64,000 bases of DNA from Gammaproteobacteria bacterium (lineage in GTDB: Bacteria; Pseudomonadota; Gammaproteobacteria; SZUA-152), in the NCBI GenBank assembly GCA_011321815.1, contig DROS01000096.1:10750-74749 (forward strand), given 5' to 3'. A program made the translations under genes and the position numbers. Below the pieces are notes generated by a model. It was not told the origin of the DNA. It was given only the letters and a program-made list of their open reading frames with translations, and ran no database searches. This document shows, piece by piece, positions 1 through 9,087 of the stretch (positions are counted from its first letter, which is position 1; each line of letters opens with the position of its first letter).

Positions 1-906
1 GATTTTGAGGAGGTTGCCTTTTCTCTTAAGCTGGGTGAAGTCAGTGAGCCGGTGTTGACCCCGTTTGGTTATCACATCATTAAAGTGACCGGGATTCGTG
101 AAAAAGAAACAAAACCCTTTGCTGATGTGCGTGATGAAATCCTTGCGCAGTTTCAAAATGACGCAGCGGAACGTGCATACTTTGAGCTGGCGGAAAAATT
201 AACCAATCAGGCTTATGAAATGCCGGATTCACTCAGTGAAACAGCAGATGAATTGGGGCTTGAGCTTAAGCAAAGCCCGTTTTTTGAACGGCGTGGCGGT
301 ACAGGGGTATTCGCCAATCCGCGCGTGGTGGCTGCCGCTTATAGTGATGATGTGTTGAAACAGGGTTTCAACAGTGAGCCTATCGAAATCGATGAGAATC
401 ATGTGCTGGTGTTGCGTTTGCTGGACCACCAAAAAGCAGACCGGCGTCCATTGAGCGAAGTGAAGGCACAGGTTAAACAGTCGCTGATTCAGGAAAAGGC
501 GCGTGAGGCGGTGAAGGCTGCTGGTGAAAAAGCCTTGCAGCAACTGGAGGCTGGGGAATCTGCTGAAACTGTCAGCAAGGCATTGTCTGTGGACTGGAAG
601 GATGTTGGCGCGGTTACACGTGATGTAAAGGAGCATGATGCTCAGGTTGTCAAACAGGCTTTCCGTTTGGCGCGCCCGTCGTCACCCGATAGTCCGCGTT
701 ATAGCGGGGTGGTGTTAAATTCGGGGGATTATGCCGTGATTCAGCTGAACAAAGTGGTTGATGGTGACCCGGCTGCAATGGATGCTGCTGAACGCGAAAC
801 ATTGAAGCGCCGTTTAGCAAGTGAGCAGGGCGCCAATGCGCAATTGCATCTTGTCTCGCAGCTTAAGGCCGGCGCCAAAGTTATTGTGCAAAATGATGAC
901 TTGTAA
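1..906 (+). CDS. ppiD: Periplasmic chaperone / peptidyl-prolyl isomerase PpiD, C-terminal part (5' end lies upstream of the window)
   Basis: The reading frame is open from nucleotide 1. The parvulin-like motif 'FGYHIIKV' is followed by a long acidic/alanine-rich C-terminal domain typical of PpiD. The gene is convergent with fabI. Confidence 0.7.
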   Translation, partial: DFEEVAFSLKLGEVSEPVLTPFGYHIIKVTGIREKETKPFADVRDEILAQFQNDAAERAYFELAEKLTNQAYEMPDSLSETADELGLELKQSPFFERRGGTGVFANPRVVAAAYSDDVLKQGFNSEPIEIDENHVLVLRLLDHQKADRRPLSEVKAQVKQSLIQEKAREAVKAAGEKALQQLEAGESAETVSKALSVDWKDVGAVTRDVKEHDAQVVKQAFRLARPSSPDSPRYSGVVLNSGDYAVIQLNKVVDGDPAAMDAAERETLKRRLASEQGANAQLHLVSQLKAGAKVIVQNDDL

Positions 907-912
907 TAATCA

Positions 913-995
913 CACCTGTAGTTACTGACAGTAACTACAGGTGGATGGCATACCCAAAGGGCAGTCAGGCTTTTGGGTATGCTGCTTCAGTTTTT
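913..995. terminator. Bidirectional terminator region between convergent ppiD and fabI: two stem-loops
   Basis: A perfect 15-bp inverted repeat spans 913-943 (cacctgtagttactg / cagtaactacaggtg). A 10-bp stem spans 949-981 (catacccaaa...tttgggtatg) and is followed by a T-run at 991-995. Confidence 0.5.
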
Positions 996-1788
996 AATTT
1001 GACAGCGCCATGCCGGTGATGTTGTAACCCCCGTCCACGTAAGTAATCTCGCCAGTAATGCCGGAGGCCAGATCAGAACAGAGGAAGGCAGCTGCATTGC
1101 CGACTTCTTCAATGGTTACATTGCGCCGTAGAGGCGTGTTTTGTGCGCTGTAGTTCAGCATGGACTTGAAGTTTTTGATGCCCGCTGCCGCAAGTGTGCG
1201 GATCGGTCCGGCGGAGATGGCGTTGACGCGGATATTCTCAGGCCCCAGGTTGGCGGCCATGTAACGCACGTTGGCTTCCAGGCTGGCTTTAGCCAAGCCC
1301 ATTACATTGTAGTTGGGCAGCACTCGTTCGGCACCCAGATAACTCAACGTTAGCAGAGCAGCATGACGCCCCTGCATCATGTTGCGCGCGCCTTTGGCCA
1401 GTGCGGAAAAACTGTAGGAGCTGATTTCGTGTGCTGTGTTGAAACCCTCGCGCGTGACGCTGTCGAGATATTCGCCTTCCAGTTCTTCACGTGGGGCATA
1501 GGCCACGGAGTGAATCAGGATATCCAGGTGATCCCAGAAATCATCCAGCTTTTCAAAAACGGTGGTAATGTCGTTGTCACTGGCAACATCGCAAGGCAGC
1601 ACGATGTCTGAATCACATTCAGCGGCGAGTTTTTCCACCCGGCCTTGCAGTTTTTCGTTTTGGTAGGTGAAGGCCAGTTCGGCACCCTCGCGACGCATGG
1701 CCTGGGCAATGCCCCAGGCGATGGAACGATTACTGGCGCAGCCGACGATCAGCGCGCGTTTGCCATTCAAAAATCCCATGGTGGACAT
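994..1788 (-). CDS. fabI: Enoyl-[acyl-carrier-protein] reductase (NADH), FabI
   Basis: The 264-aa product has an SDR fold with the N-terminal 'GKRALIVG' motif and FabI-like length, and is conserved end to end (…[10 protein letters not shown]…[12 protein letters not shown]…). Confidence 0.9.
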   Translation of the reverse strand: MSTMGFLNGKRALIVGCASNRSIAWGIAQAMRREGAELAFTYQNEKLQGRVEKLAAECDSDIVLPCDVASDNDITTVFEKLDDFWDHLDILIHSVAYAPREELEGEYLDSVTREGFNTAHEISSYSFSALAKGARNMMQGRHAALLTLSYLGAERVLPNYNVMGLAKASLEANVRYMAANLGPENIRVNAISAGPIRTLAAAGIKNFKSMLNYSAQNTPLRRNVTIEEVGNAAAFLCSDLASGITGEITYVDGGYNITGMALSN

Positions 1789-1909
1789 CCTTTTTTGATT
1801 GGTGTTTGTTGTGTGGGGGAGCGCAATAACAAGCTCATATAAATTGCTTCACCCAAGGTTACTGCATTATACGCAATGACACCTGAAAAGTGGTACGTTT
1901 TGTCCGGCT

Positions 1910-2076
1910 CTAGGAGTCTGTCGGACTTAGGGTGAATTTACTGCGAAAAAACCATTTCGGCCCATTTTCCCGATCCTTTTCGTTGAATATGTCCAATATT
2001 CGCCTCAAACGATCAACAAAATGGACTCAAAATGGTTTTCTCTCGCGACGATTCCCTAAGTCCGACAGACTCCTAG
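1910..2076 (+). repeat. MITE-like element, intact copy 1 (167 bp) with 22-bp terminal inverted repeats CTAGGAGTCTGTCGGACTTAGG
   Basis: It has perfect terminal inverted repeats. An approximately 95% identical copy lies inverted at 11036-11202 and degenerate copies lie at 30766-30920 and 33497-33646. It sits in the divergent fabI / ABC-operon promoter region. Confidence 0.65.
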
Positions 2077-2171
2077 TTGATTGATTCTGTGGCCAGATGA
2101 TGGCAGTTTACGCGGTGTGTTTATAAATGGATTGGGAGCAGGATTTGACATTTAAGCTGTGGGAAATCTGA

Positions 2172-4385
2172 ATGGTCTATCGAGACCGGGGTAAGACGAC
2201 ATTCAGCTTGATTTTGTGGGCGGCTTTGTTTGCGGTGCTGTTGCTCGCATTGACGGGCTGTGGTGAGGGCGCCTGGAATAATCCGCATCCTGCGGCGGAA
2301 CGGGACCAAAACACGTTTTATTCTTCCTTCAGTCTGCGCCCCAAGCACCTTGATCCGGCGCAGTCATATAGTTCCAATGAGGTCGTTTTTACCGGCCAGA
2401 TTTACGAGCCGCCTCTGCAATATCACTACCTCAAGCGCCCTTATACGCTGACGCCGTTGACAGCCACTGAGTTGCCCCGTCCGTATTTTGAAAATGCGCA
2501 AGGCCAGCGCCTGCCGGATGATGCGCCACCTGGGCAAATTGCCTTTAGTGTTTATGAAATCCACATTCAGTCTGGCATTCGCTATCAGCCACATCCCGCT
2601 TTTGCGAAAGACGCCAGTGGTCAGCCGCGTTATCTTGGCTTGAATGAGGCTGATTTACGTGAACGCAACCAGCTCAGTGATTTTAGTGATACCGGCACTC
2701 GTGAATTGGTGGCAGCTGATTATGTGTATCAGATCAAGCGCTTGGCCCACCCCAGATTGAACTCTCCCATTTATGGTTTGATGGCGGAATATATTGTTGG
2801 TCTGCGTGATTATGCCAAAACTCTGGGTGAGGCTATGCAAGGCGGGGGCGCCGGACAGGACCGGTATTTTCTCGATTTGCGTAAGTATCCGTTGCCGGGC
2901 GCTGAGGTGGTGGATCGTTATACCTATCGCATCAGGTTGCATGGTGAATATCCGCAATTTGTGTATTGGTTGGCCATGCCATTTTTTGGGCCTATTCCTG
3001 TAGAGGCGGATCAGTTTTATTCCCAGCCGGGCATGAAAGAAAAAAACCTTGTTCTGGACTGGTATCCCGTGGGCACTGGTCCCTATATGCTCACGGTTAA
3101 CAATCCCAATCGCCAAATGGTGATGGAGCGTAACCCTAATTTTCATGGTGAAACCTATCCCACAGAGGGGGAGGAAGGGGATCGTAAAAAAGGCCTGTTG
3201 GCCGATGCCGGTAAGCCCATTCCTTTTATTGACCGTGTGGTGTTCAGTCTCGAAAAAGAAGACATCCCTACCTGGAATAAATTTTTGCAGGGTTATTACG
3301 ATGCTTCGGGTATTACTTCGGACAGTTTTGATCAGGCGATTCAGGTTTCCAGCCAGGGGGAGGTGGGCCTGACGGATACCATGCGTGAAAAAAATATCCA
3401 GCTTTCCACCAGCGTTGCCGCCTCCACCTATTATATGGGTTTTAATATGCGTGATCCGGTGGTGGGTGGTTTGAGTGAGCGTGCGCGCAAATTGCGTCAG
3501 GCTATTTCCATTGCTGTGGATTATGAAGAATTCATTTCCATTTTTCTCAACGGACGCGGTATTCCGGCGCAGGGTCCGTTGCCGCCGGGCATTATCGGTT
3601 ACCAGCCGGGAGAAGCAGGGGTGAACCCGTATGTTTATGAATGGGTTGGTGAAGGTCCGAACGGCAAACTCAAGCGTCGCGCCATCAGTACTGCAAAACA
3701 ATTGCTGGCAGATGCCGGGTACCCGGCAGGCCGTGATGCCAATACCGGCAAGCCGTTGGTTATTCATCTGGATTCCACCGGTGGTGGTCCGGACGACAAA
3801 GCACGCTTCGACTGGCTACGCAAGCAATTTGCAAAGATCGACTTGCAGTTAGACATTCGCTCCACTGACTACAATCGTTTTCAGGAAAAAATGTTGAAAG
3901 GTACTGCGCAGTTGTTTCAATGGGGTTGGAATGCGGATTATCCTGATCCCGAAAATTTTCTTTTTCTGTTGTATGGCCCCAATGCCAAAGCCGGGAAGAA
4001 CGGTGAGAATGCCGCCAATTACGAAAATCCGGAGTTTGATCGACTGTTCGGTAAGATGAAAAGCATGCCCAATGGTCCACAGCGCCTGCAATTGATTCAC
4101 AAAATGGTGGACATCGTGCAACGGGATGCGCCCTGGGTATGGGGGCTGCACCCGAAACGCTTCAGCCTTTATCATGCCTGGCTGAAAAATATCAAACCCA
4201 ATGATATGGCGAATAATACGCTGAAATATAAACGTATTGATCCGCAGTTGCGTGCTGAGCAGCGCCTGAAATGGAACCGGCCGATTGTATGGCCGTTAGT
4301 GCTAACAGCGGTGCTGCTGATTGTCGGATTTATTCCAGCGATGATCATTTATCGTCGCAAGCAGCATTCGCGGGGAGTGCAATAA
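2172..4385 (+). CDS. ABC transporter substrate-binding protein, family 5 (oligopeptide/YejA-like), lipoprotein with an extra C-terminal TM segment
   Basis: The 737-aa product has a lipobox 'LALTGCG' at the N-terminus and a family-5 solute-binding fold over its length. The C-terminus carries a hydrophobic helix (…RPIVWPLVLTAVLLIVGFIPAMIIYRRKQ). It is the first gene of a four-gene ABC operon. Confidence 0.75.
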   Translation: MVYRDRGKTTFSLILWAALFAVLLLALTGCGEGAWNNPHPAAERDQNTFYSSFSLRPKHLDPAQSYSSNEVVFTGQIYEPPLQYHYLKRPYTLTPLTATELPRPYFENAQGQRLPDDAPPGQIAFSVYEIHIQSGIRYQPHPAFAKDASGQPRYLGLNEADLRERNQLSDFSDTGTRELVAADYVYQIKRLAHPRLNSPIYGLMAEYIVGLRDYAKTLGEAMQGGGAGQDRYFLDLRKYPLPGAEVVDRYTYRIRLHGEYPQFVYWLAMPFFGPIPVEADQFYSQPGMKEKNLVLDWYPVGTGPYMLTVNNPNRQMVMERNPNFHGETYPTEGEEGDRKKGLLADAGKPIPFIDRVVFSLEKEDIPTWNKFLQGYYDASGITSDSFDQAIQVSSQGEVGLTDTMREKNIQLSTSVAASTYYMGFNMRDPVVGGLSERARKLRQAISIAVDYEEFISIFLNGRGIPAQGPLPPGIIGYQPGEAGVNPYVYEWVGEGPNGKLKRRAISTAKQLLADAGYPAGRDANTGKPLVIHLDSTGGGPDDKARFDWLRKQFAKIDLQLDIRSTDYNRFQEKMLKGTAQLFQWGWNADYPDPENFLFLLYGPNAKAGKNGENAANYENPEFDRLFGKMKSMPNGPQRLQLIHKMVDIVQRDAPWVWGLHPKRFSLYHAWLKNIKPNDMANNTLKYKRIDPQLRAEQRLKWNRPIVWPLVLTAVLLIVGFIPAMIIYRRKQHSRGVQ

Positions 4386-5363
4386 ATGCTTGCCTATATT
4401 TTACGCCGCACACTGTATGCCATTCCCATTTTGATTGGGGTTAATCTGTTGACGTTCTGGCTGTTTTTTGTGGTTAACAGCCCTGAAGATATGGCACGTA
4501 TGCAGTTGGGTCAAAAACGGGTTACCCCTGAAGCCATTGAGAAATGGAAAAAAGAACGGGGTTATGACAAGCCTTTGCTGTTCAATGCCGAAGCACAGGG
4601 TATGGGCAGTGTGGTTGATACCATTTTTTTTGAAAAATCCGTCCGTTTGTTTGTGTTTGATTTTGGCAGCGCCGATGATGGCCGCGATATTGCGTATGAT
4701 ATTCGTCAGCGCATGGTACCCAGCCTGGCACTGGCCATACCCGTGTTTTTGGTGGGCTTGCTGCTCAATATTACCATTGCCCTGATTATTGCTTTTTTCC
4801 GGGCGACCTATATTGATTACATGGGTGTCATTATCAGCGTTATGCTCATGTCCATTTCTGCCTTGTTTTATATTATTGGCGGACAGTTTCTGGTGAGTAA
4901 AATTTTACATCTGGTGCCTATATCCGGTTATGAAGGTGGATGGTCGGCAATCAAATTTTTGATTTTACCGGTGATTGTTGGCGTGGTGGGGGGGATTGGT
5001 TCCGGTACGCGCTGGTTCCGCACCATTTTTCTGGAAGAAATCAATAAAGATTATGTGCGCACGGCGCGCGCCAAAGGATTGGCCGAGCGTGTCGTGTTAT
5101 TCAAACACGTATTAAAAAATGCAATGATTCCTATTTTAACCGGGGTAGTGGTGACCATTCCGTTATTGTTTATGGGGAGTCTGATTACCGAATCCTTTTT
5201 TGGTATTCCCGGCCTGGGCAGTTACACCATTGACGCAATTCGTGCCCAGGATTTTGCTATCGTACGCGCCATGGTGTTCCTCGGTTCGGTGTTGTATATC
5301 ATTGGCCTGTTATTGACCGACTTGTCTTACACACTGGTTGACCCGAGAGTGCGTTTGTCATGA
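4386..5363 (+). CDS. ABC transporter permease (DppB/YejB-like)
   Basis: The 325-aa polytopic membrane protein starts one nucleotide after the substrate-binding-protein stop and has a BPD_transp_1-like architecture. Confidence 0.85.
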   Translation: MLAYILRRTLYAIPILIGVNLLTFWLFFVVNSPEDMARMQLGQKRVTPEAIEKWKKERGYDKPLLFNAEAQGMGSVVDTIFFEKSVRLFVFDFGSADDGRDIAYDIRQRMVPSLALAIPVFLVGLLLNITIALIIAFFRATYIDYMGVIISVMLMSISALFYIIGGQFLVSKILHLVPISGYEGGWSAIKFLILPVIVGVVGGIGSGTRWFRTIFLEEINKDYVRTARAKGLAERVVLFKHVLKNAMIPILTGVVVTIPLLFMGSLITESFFGIPGLGSYTIDAIRAQDFAIVRAMVFLGSVLYIIGLLLTDLSYTLVDPRVRLS

Positions 5364-6889
5364 GTCACGCACAGGAAAAAAATGCAGTGAAACGACATCC
5401 AGGCTTGATGGTGCTGATCGGTGTAGTGTTTGCAGCAGTAGCAGCGATGTTGGCTGCGCCGGTTAAGCCGGTGATATTGTGGACGGATGCGCTGATTTAT
5501 TTGTTAATCACAACCCTGGTTCTGTTTTTCACTTATGTGCGCAGCAAGGAACATCTGCGCGCACCCTGGCGACAAGTGATGCAACGACCACTGGCAATGG
5601 TGGCGCTGATTGTTTTGTCGGTGTACGTGTTGGTGGGTGTATTGGATTCCATACATTTCCGGAAAGCACTTCCTGCTCCAAAAACATCGGTACAAAATAC
5701 TTTAACTGAAACACATTATTCTGTTGAGGTGCTGAGTGTTCTGGATGTGTTGTTTGGTCCCATTCGTGAGCAGGTTGAGAAAAGTTATTCTGCACCACTG
5801 GCAGTGCAGTTGTTTACCAAGGATATGGTGGAACAGGCAGACGGCAGTACACTGCGCATGTACCCACGTCTGGAATACGGTGGCCGACATCTGGATGATC
5901 CTGCATCACAGCATCAGACTGATATTATGCAGCGTATTGCTCATGCTGCTGTGCAGGCAATTGTTTTGTGGCTGCTCATACTGGTGTTGTGGGTTGCCAC
6001 GCTTTCCTGGAAATACAAAACCGGTTTTGGCCTTCTTTTGCGGCAGATTCTTGCTGGTAAAACGCTGTTACCATGGCGCTCTGTATTTATTACTTTAGGT
6101 GTATTTGTTTTTCTTGCCATGCTTATTGTTGAACTGGGCGTGGCATATCATCTGTTGGGCACTGACAAGGTTGGCAACGATGTTCTGTATTTGAGCATTA
6201 AAAGCATACGTACCGGCTTGGTGATCGGTACATTGACCACGTTGATCATGTTACCTTTTGCGGTATTGCTGGGCATTATGGCCGGGCATTTTCGCGGTTG
6301 GATAGATGATGCCATTCAATACATCTACACTACGCTGAACTCCATTCCCGGTGTGTTGTTGATCGCAGCCGCGATTCTGTCGGTGGATCTTTATATTTCC
6401 AACAACCAGGAGTTTTTTGAAACAGTGGTGGAGCGGGCAGACGTTCGCCTGTTATTTTTGTGCATTATTTTGGGTATTACCAGCTGGACCGGTCTTTGTC
6501 GTCTGTTGCGGGGTGAAACGCTCAAACTGCGCGAACTGGATTATATTCAGGCGGCCACGGCTTTTGGTGCCAGCAATACAAAAATTATCAGCCGGCATAT
6601 TCTGCCGAATGTCATGCATATTGTGCTGATTGCTGTGGTACTGGATTTCAGTGGTCTGGTGCTGGCCGAAGCAGTGTTGTCTTATGTGGGGGTGGGGGTT
6701 GACCCCAGCATGGCCAGTTGGGGCAATATGATCAACAGCGCAAGGCTGGAAATGGCGCGCGAGCCGGTGGTGTGGTGGTCACTGCTGGCAGCATTCTGGT
6801 TTATGTTTTTATTGGTGCTGGCAGCCAATATATTTGCTGATGCTGTGCGGGATGCCTTTGATCCGCGCGTGGGTCGCGGCATCGCTTAG
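5360..6889 (+). CDS. ABC transporter permease (DppC/YejE-like) with a long N-terminal extension
   Basis: The 509-aa polytopic product overlaps the previous gene by an ATGA junction. Its C-terminal half resembles DppC-type permeases. Confidence 0.8.
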   Translation: MSHAQEKNAVKRHPGLMVLIGVVFAAVAAMLAAPVKPVILWTDALIYLLITTLVLFFTYVRSKEHLRAPWRQVMQRPLAMVALIVLSVYVLVGVLDSIHFRKALPAPKTSVQNTLTETHYSVEVLSVLDVLFGPIREQVEKSYSAPLAVQLFTKDMVEQADGSTLRMYPRLEYGGRHLDDPASQHQTDIMQRIAHAAVQAIVLWLLILVLWVATLSWKYKTGFGLLLRQILAGKTLLPWRSVFITLGVFVFLAMLIVELGVAYHLLGTDKVGNDVLYLSIKSIRTGLVIGTLTTLIMLPFAVLLGIMAGHFRGWIDDAIQYIYTTLNSIPGVLLIAAAILSVDLYISNNQEFFETVVERADVRLLFLCIILGITSWTGLCRLLRGETLKLRELDYIQAATAFGASNTKIISRHILPNVMHIVLIAVVLDFSGLVLAEAVLSYVGVGVDPSMASWGNMINSARLEMAREPVVWWSLLAAFWFMFLLVLAANIFADAVRDAFDPRVGRGIA

Positions 6890-6928
6890 TCCAAAAACAC
6901 CATAAAAAATCAATATGAGTAAAACATA

Positions 6929-8950
6929 ATGACAAGTCCTCTGCTGCAAATAGAGTCTCTGCAAACCAGCTTTGCCACGGCGAATGGTATGGTGCGCGCG
7001 GTGGATGGCATCAGCCTGGCAATACAGCGAGGGCAGACATTTGCACTGCTGGGTGAATCCGGTTGTGGAAAATCCATGACTGCGTTATCCACTATGCGTT
7101 TGTTACCTGAACCTGCCGGCCGTATTACCCGGGGCGCCATTCGTCTCAACGGGGATGACTTGTTGCAGTTGCCTGAGGTGGCCATGCGCAACGTACGTGG
7201 AAAACGCATTGCCATGATCTTTCAGGAACCCATGACCAGCCTGAACCCGGTACTGACCATTGGTTTGCAAATTGCCGAAAGCGTTGGCCGGCAAAATACT
7301 GCACAGGCGGTACGTACACGGGTATTGGAATTGCTGGACGCCGTGGGTATTCCTGATCCGGCACAACGTTACCACGAATATCCACATCAACTGTCAGGGG
7401 GGATGAAGCAACGGGTGATGATTGCTATCGCGCTTGCCGGTGAGCCGGATTTGTTGATCGCCGACGAGCCCACCACGGCACTGGACGTCACTATTCAGGC
7501 GCAAGTGCTGGACCTTATGCGCCAACTGCAAAAAGATACCGGTATGGCCATCCTGCTGATTACTCATGATCTTGGCGTGGTATCAGAAATGGCAGACCGC
7601 GTGGCGGTAATGTATGCCGGACAAATTGTGGAAGAGGCGGATCGCTCCGTATTTTTTGCCAACCCTCAACATCCCTATGCAAAAAAACTGTTTGCCTCTT
7701 TGCCGGATATAAAAAAACGGGGTCAACGCCTGGCGGTTATACCGGGGAATGTGCCATCGCTGGCCACGGAGTTCAGCGGCTGCCGTTTTGTGGATCGTTG
7801 CGATGATGCGATTAATATCTGCCACACTCAGCCACCGGCATGGATTGCAGAGACGTCATCAGGGGGCGTGCGTTGCTTTAAGTTTGATGCGGCCCATCAG
7901 CATCAGTTTGCAACAACGGAAAAAGAAAAAACAGCGCCAGGACATGTTGCGGAGCGGTTAACAAAAGATAACAAGGCATTATTGGCTGTCCAGGGGCTTA
8001 AGGTGCATTTCCCTATTCGTAAAGGCTTGTTGCAGCGAGCGGTAAATCATGTCAAGGCAGTGGATGATATTTCTTTGTCTATTCCCGAAAGCCACACTTT
8101 GGCGCTGGTGGGTGAGTCGGGCTGCGGCAAAACCACAGCAGGAAAAAGTATTCTGCAACTGGTGAAGCCTACTGCGGGCAAGGTGCAATTTGCTGATGCG
8201 GAACTTACCGCTTTGTCATCGGCGCAATTACGTCAGCATCGCAGTAATATCCAGATTATTTTTCAAGACCCTTTTTCCTCCATGAATCCGCGCATGATGG
8301 TAACGGATATCATTGAAGAGGGAATGATTACCCAGGGCATAGGTGGTGATGCACGGATGCGCGCCGTACGTGTTGATCAACTGCTGGAACAGGTCGGTTT
8401 GTCAGCGGACACCAAGTATCGTTATCCGCATGAGTTTTCCGGTGGCCAGCGTCAACGTATCTGTATTGCCCGTGCTTTGGCAGTGGAGCCCCGACTGATT
8501 ATTTGTGATGAGCCCACCAGTGCGCTGGATGTTTCTGTACAGGCACAAATTCTCAACTTACTGAAAGACTTGCAAGATGAGCTGGGTCTGGCTTATTTGT
8601 TCATCACTCATGACTTGTCTGTGGTGGAATACCTGGCGCACGAAGTGGCTGTAATGTATCTGGGACGTATCGTGGAACAGGGCAGTGTGCAAGAGGTAAT
8701 GGAAAATCCGCTGCATCCTTATACCAAGGCTTTATTGGCGGCGGTGCCTGTGATTGAAAAATCAACCGGGGGTGTTGAGCGCAGTATTGTCAGTGTTCAG
8801 GGCGAAATGCCATCACCTATCAATCCACCATCGGGTTGTCATTTTCATCCACGTTGTGAGCAGGTTATGCCAGAGTGCAAGATCAATTATCCTGCTGAAC
8901 GTATAAGTGGCAAAACACACATGACGCGGTGTTTCCTTTATAAACAGTGA
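6929..8950 (+). CDS. ABC transporter ATP-binding protein with two fused ATPase domains (YejF/DppDF-like)
   Basis: The 673-aa product has two Walker A motifs (GESGCGKS, GESGCGKT), two LSGGQ-type signatures (LSGGMKQR, FSGGQRQR) and oligopeptide C-terminal extensions. Confidence 0.9.
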   Translation: MTSPLLQIESLQTSFATANGMVRAVDGISLAIQRGQTFALLGESGCGKSMTALSTMRLLPEPAGRITRGAIRLNGDDLLQLPEVAMRNVRGKRIAMIFQEPMTSLNPVLTIGLQIAESVGRQNTAQAVRTRVLELLDAVGIPDPAQRYHEYPHQLSGGMKQRVMIAIALAGEPDLLIADEPTTALDVTIQAQVLDLMRQLQKDTGMAILLITHDLGVVSEMADRVAVMYAGQIVEEADRSVFFANPQHPYAKKLFASLPDIKKRGQRLAVIPGNVPSLATEFSGCRFVDRCDDAINICHTQPPAWIAETSSGGVRCFKFDAAHQHQFATTEKEKTAPGHVAERLTKDNKALLAVQGLKVHFPIRKGLLQRAVNHVKAVDDISLSIPESHTLALVGESGCGKTTAGKSILQLVKPTAGKVQFADAELTALSSAQLRQHRSNIQIIFQDPFSSMNPRMMVTDIIEEGMITQGIGGDARMRAVRVDQLLEQVGLSADTKYRYPHEFSGGQRQRICIARALAVEPRLIICDEPTSALDVSVQAQILNLLKDLQDELGLAYLFITHDLSVVEYLAHEVAVMYLGRIVEQGSVQEVMENPLHPYTKALLAAVPVIEKSTGGVERSIVSVQGEMPSPINPPSGCHFHPRCEQVMPECKINYPAERISGKTHMTRCFLYKQ

Positions 8951-9087
8951 TCAATTCAGGTTTAAATTTGTGGCGCATTGTCAACGTCAGCTGAGAATGG
9001 TAGCGGGGTAGCGCAGGCAGCGCTCAGAAAAGCAACGGTGATGCTATGAATGGAATGCACGCTCCTGACTTGCGGGAGGGATACGAC

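Noticed and set aside
2655-3767. 370-aa ORF on the minus strand
   Set aside because: It lies entirely antisense inside the well-supported ABC substrate-binding protein gene. Its residue composition is repetitive and low-complexity, typical of a shadow ORF.
8951-9087. tRNA or structured RNA between the convergent ABC ATPase and mltD
   Set aside because: Only weak hairpins are present (ctgag…ctcag, agcgc…gcgct). There is no cloverleaf or T-loop (GTTCRANYC) signature. At most it is a weak terminator.
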